From the NCBI GenBank assembly GCA_044356455.1, contig JBIKWF010000082.1, positions 1-19,778 of the forward strand: a stretch of DNA of 19,778 nt, read 5' to 3'. The number at the start of each line of letters is the position of its first letter. Position 1 is the first letter of the stretch. The notes below the pieces were generated by a model. That model searched no databases, was not told the origin of the DNA, and saw nothing but the letters and a program-made list of their open reading frames with translations. This stretch comes from Bdellovibrionota bacterium (lineage in GTDB: Bacteria; Bdellovibrionota_C; UBA2361; JBGSMV01). This document shows positions 16,560 to 19,778 of the stretch, one piece after another. A program made the position numbers and the translations under genes.

Positions 16560-17420
16560 ATGCCAGCTAATCGCTTCAATGGATTCTCAGATCTCGGGGT
16601 CGGAATAGGCCTCAGAATTCCCCACTATAAACATATCCTCGCCCAGCGCCCGAGTGTTGATTGGTTCGAGATCATTTCCGAGAACTACATGCTCGAAGGC
16701 GGGCGTCCGCTGCAGATTCTCGATGGTATTTTAGAGCGCTACAAGGTCGTGCAGCATGGTGTGGGGCTCTATTTTGGTTCAAGCGAAAAGATTCCCCGTG
16801 ATCAGTTGCAAAAATTAAAAAGGCTCGTGCAGCGCACCAAGACGCCTTTTCTGTCGGATCATCTTTGTTGGGGGAGTGTGGATGGAAAGGTATCTCATGA
16901 CCTCCTGCCTCTTCCTTATACGATGGAAGCGGCGCGGCATACGGCTGAGAAGGTGAGAATGGCGCAGGATTTTCTGGAGATTCCGATCTGTGTTGAGAAC
17001 GTGAGTTCCTATGCGGAATTTAAGGAATCAACCATGACAGAGTGGGAGTTCCTCTCTGAAGTAGTTGAGCGCGCAGACTGCGGAATCCTACTCGACGTAA
17101 ACAATATTTATGTTTCTTCTAAGAATCATTCCTTTGACCCGCTTGATTATTTAAGAGGCGTACCGGCAGACCGCGTAGGACAGATTCATATCGCGGGGCA
17201 TTCAACCTACGAGCACTATATCATTGATACCCACGACCATCCTGTGTGCGATCCCGTTTGGGCACTCTATAAGAGTGCGATTCAAATGGTGGGGCCAACC
17301 AATACGCTGCTTGAGTGGGATGACAAAATTCCTTCCTTTGAGGAGGTGCATAGAGAAGCTCTCAAGGCCTGGGCCTTTCTTGGAAAATCAGCACCGGTCT
17401 TAATGGAGGCTGCGGTATGA
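16560..17420 (+). CDS. DUF692 multinuclear non-heme iron oxidative enzyme (MNIO; BufB/HvfB/MbnB family)
   Basis: Motifs GVGIGLR, WFEIISENY, HGV, SDHLCW, LLPLPYT, ENVSSY, LLDVNNIYV, IHIAGH, IDTH and LLEWD. Confidence 0.96.
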   Translation: MPANRFNGFSDLGVGIGLRIPHYKHILAQRPSVDWFEIISENYMLEGGRPLQILDGILERYKVVQHGVGLYFGSSEKIPRDQLQKLKRLVQRTKTPFLSDHLCWGSVDGKVSHDLLPLPYTMEAARHTAEKVRMAQDFLEIPICVENVSSYAEFKESTMTEWEFLSEVVERADCGILLDVNNIYVSSKNHSFDPLDYLRGVPADRVGQIHIAGHSTYEHYIIDTHDHPVCDPVWALYKSAIQMVGPTNTLLEWDDKIPSFEEVHREALKAWAFLGKSAPVLMEAAV

Positions 17421-18328
17421 GTCAGGGCACGCCTCACGTTCGAACGCTGCGCGAGATGCAGGAAGATTTTTTTCGCTTGGTCACGCAGCCGCTCGATGGA
17501 AACGATCGGTCTCCTCGTACTTTTACGGATGGTTCCTCGGCAGAAGCTTTAGCGGAGCGCTTGGTAACAAGGAGCGCAGCCCTAACAGGAATCGAGCGTG
17601 TAGAGCTCTATAATCGTCAGTATTGGTTCCGGTTGATCGATGGGTTGGTAGAGGATTTCCCTGGGCTCTATGCGCTGCTTGGCGCCGCTAAGTTTTGTGA
17701 AATGGCGGTGGCATATCTCACGAGGTATCCCTCGAGGTCATTTACCATGAGGTATCTTGGGTCAAACCTTTCCGCATTCTTACGTGAGGAGCCTGGTTGG
17801 CTAGGCGCTAACCTTGAGTTTGGCTGTGAACTGGCGGCAGTTGAGTATGCTCAGTCGATGGCTTTTGAAGCTGAGGATCTCCCGGCGCTTAATCCTGCTG
17901 AGATTGTGAGCGCAACTGTAGGAGAAATTAGTCTTGCACTTCAGCCGTGTATTTTCCTTTTTGAGCTTTCGTATCCTGTTGATGAATGGCTGCGATCAGA
18001 TCGCTCGTATGAGCGTGACGTGTCTGAGGCTTCGTTCTCGGACGGAACAGACGGCGAAGCTAGTAAGAGCGCAGGGGTGGCCGCCCCTGTAAGAAGGCCA
18101 ACATGGCTTGCAGTGCATCGCAGTCAACTGAAGATTTATTTTAAGAGCCTCGATAAGCCACGTTATGAAGTGCTCTCGGCGCTTAAGCGAGGGGAGACTT
18201 TGGCGGAGAGCCTTGACTGCGGTATCCAAGCGCTTCCCGAGGAGCTTCAGACACCCGAAGAAATAGCAAAGGCAGTGAAGAGCTGGTTTGCGGAGTGGGG
18301 CGAGTTGAAGTGGTTTGCTAAGAGGTAG
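17417..18328 (+). CDS. DUF2063 (BufC/HvfC-like) MNIO partner protein
   Basis: ATGA overlap with DUF692. Motifs LREMQEDF, RVELYNRQYWFRLIDGLVEDFPGL..LLG..F, YLTRYPSRS and ELAAVEYA. Confidence 0.92.
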   Translation: MSQGTPHVRTLREMQEDFFRLVTQPLDGNDRSPRTFTDGSSAEALAERLVTRSAALTGIERVELYNRQYWFRLIDGLVEDFPGLYALLGAAKFCEMAVAYLTRYPSRSFTMRYLGSNLSAFLREEPGWLGANLEFGCELAAVEYAQSMAFEAEDLPALNPAEIVSATVGEISLALQPCIFLFELSYPVDEWLRSDRSYERDVSEASFSDGTDGEASKSAGVAAPVRRPTWLAVHRSQLKIYFKSLDKPRYEVLSALKRGETLAESLDCGIQALPEELQTPEEIAKAVKSWFAEWGELKWFAKR

Positions 18329-18490
18329 GGCGCCCTGTCCCCAGGGCGCCTAATGATCTTGCAATTGTCCTCGGCTGATCTTTTAGCGCCATCAGCGTGG
18401 CAGGCCGAGAGATCTTGCGGCACGCCGGGGACGGCGCGCCCTACCTATTACCGCAGTGTCTTGGTAGGGCGCCGCGTCCCCGCGGTGCCG
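18324..18490. repeat. REPIN doublet (18324-18445) plus a third REP (18463-18490)
   Basis: GGTAGGGCGCCCTG-TCCC-CAGGGCGCC ... CGGCACGCCGGGGACGGCGCGCCCTACC, then GGTAGGGCGCCGCG-TCCC-CGCGGTGCCG. Confidence 0.9.
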
Positions 18491-18568
18491 AATTAAATGC
18501 TGGGGCTCGCCCAAGGTCGTAAGGGTTTGTGGTTTCTCAGGGCATCATTTCGCGATCCAAATGGCGAG

Positions 18569-18706
18569 CTAGGTAACCTTTGAGAAACTAACCTCTGTGT
18601 ACCTCCGTGTTCTCTGTGGTGAAATTCTTCATGAAAATTTCACCACAGAGGACACGGAGGTACACAGAGGTGTATTAAGAATGAATATTTTTCAGAGTTC
18701 CCCTAG
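18569..18706. mobile_element. MITE-like palindromic element (family B)
   Basis: CTAG-GTAACCTTTGAGAAA ... TTTTTCAGAGTTCCC-CTAG, with a near-perfect internal palindrome at 18591-18671. Confidence 0.85.
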
Positions 18707-18827
18707 GTAGGGCGCCCTGTCCCCAGGGTGCCGAATGATCTTGCGACTGTCATCGGCTGATCTTTTAGCGCCATCAGCGTACTGGGCCGAGAGATCTTGC
18801 GGCACGCCGAGGACGGCGCGCCCTACC
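18706..18827. repeat. REPIN doublet, direct repeat of 18324-18445
   Basis: Same 122-bp length, about 10 substitutions by eye and no gaps. Confidence 0.9.
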
Positions 18828-19659
18828 GAAGGCTTTGCTGCACTTCAAGGAACTGCCGAATCATTCTGGGGTCATGGGTGCGCACTATTTTTGCACCACG
18901 CTGGATTGCTAAGAGCGCGCTCAGCTGAGAAACCGGATCTCTTGCCGCAAGTTCTCCTCCGAGAAAGCCTTTGCGGGAAGTTGCTACGACAACCGGGAAC
19001 GGCTTCACCAAAGAAACCAGTTCGTCGTACCGCTTAAGGAGCTCCCACGAATACTTCGCGTCGTGGCTAAGGAATCGTCCCATGCCAGGGTCCAGGGCTA
19101 TGGCGCTCTCGGCGATTCCCGCTTTCATTGCAACATTAGCGCGCTCAAGCAGAAAATCTGCAACCTCTTTTACCACGTCACGATACTCTCGCCGGGAATC
19201 TGTGACATGGGGATGAGAGCCCTGTTCCTTGGAATGCATGATAATGACTGAGGCTTCATATTCCGCGATGACAGTAGCCATGTGCGGGTCGGCTCTTAAC
19301 CCCGACACATCATTAATTACTTTCGCGCCTCGCCTCAGCATTTCGCGGGCCACGTTCGACTTAAAGGTGTCGATAGAGAGGTCGCCTTTATCTGCAAGCG
19401 CGGCAACCACTGGGGTTAAGCGTCTAAGTTCTTCCTCTTCTGATACGGCAGCCGCCCCCGGGGCGGTGGACTCAGCGCCAAGATCCATAAGCTGAGCGCC
19501 TTGCTCATAAAGCTGATGAGCGCGGTTTGCGGCGTCAGCTGGGGAAAGGGCCAGGCCCCCATCGCTGAAAGAGTCGGGGGTAATGTTCACTATGCCCATA
19601 ATAAGGGGCTTGCAGGCCCCCTCCGAGTGGGCGCTGAGAACTTTTGCGAAGTAACTCAT
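18823..19659 (-). CDS. folP: Dihydropteroate synthase
   Basis: Motifs IMGIVNITPDSFSDGG, DLGAEST, SIDT, INDVSG, IIMHS, LDPGMG, SRKGFLG and IVRTHD. Probable start is the ATG at 19659 (ORF track starts at 19698). Confidence 0.95.
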   Translation of the reverse strand: MSYFAKVLSAHSEGACKPLIMGIVNITPDSFSDGGLALSPADAANRAHQLYEQGAQLMDLGAESTAPGAAAVSEEEELRRLTPVVAALADKGDLSIDTFKSNVAREMLRRGAKVINDVSGLRADPHMATVIAEYEASVIIMHSKEQGSHPHVTDSRREYRDVVKEVADFLLERANVAMKAGIAESAIALDPGMGRFLSHDAKYSWELLKRYDELVSLVKPFPVVVATSRKGFLGGELAARDPVSQLSALLAIQRGAKIVRTHDPRMIRQFLEVQQSLR

Positions 19660-19778
19660 AGAGAGGGGTTTACTATAGGCTCCCCTAAGCTCCAACACAT
19701 TGATCCTGAGGGGCTAATTGGATAGCCTGATTAGGTTCTTGTAACTTCGGGTAGTTATCTATGGAACTCACAATTACA

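Noticed and set aside
18823..19659. Calling the gene an acquired sul gene or part of the RiPP cluster
   Set aside because: There is no integron or IS context and the EST motif is folP-like. It is convergent with the RiPP genes and has no evident functional link to them.

Overview
A bacterial chromosomal window of moderate GC with 14 credible CDSs and intergenic regions packed with palindromic repeats. The main system is a three-gene RiPP locus at 16095-18328. It encodes a Sec-signal precursor with alternating His-rich and (CKGKxx)n Cys modules, followed by an internal terminator, a DUF692/MNIO maturase and an overlapping DUF2063 partner. This is bufferin/oxazolin-like, but the precursor architecture is unusual and no DoxX or sigma factor lies nearby. 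A convergent folP carries a Sul-like two-residue insertion. Other genes encode an FG-GAP-like secreted protein, a clan GH-A lipoprotein, an SGNH hydrolase, a class V PLP enzyme, a high-GC PEP-CTERM-like protein that looks foreign, a Cys-rich secreted protein, a degenerate FHA protein, a TMEM43-family protein and two orphans. At least four small repeat families occur: GTAG-type REPs/REPINs, YTAR-flanked ~135-bp MITE-like palindromes, a six-hairpin element and a GCCGTAGCC..GGCGAAGGCGG module. They nest inside one another, and REP or MITE copies supply or abut the stop codons of four genes. No transposase, rRNA, tRNA or CRISPR array is visible. Family assignments come from motif recognition only; no searches were run.
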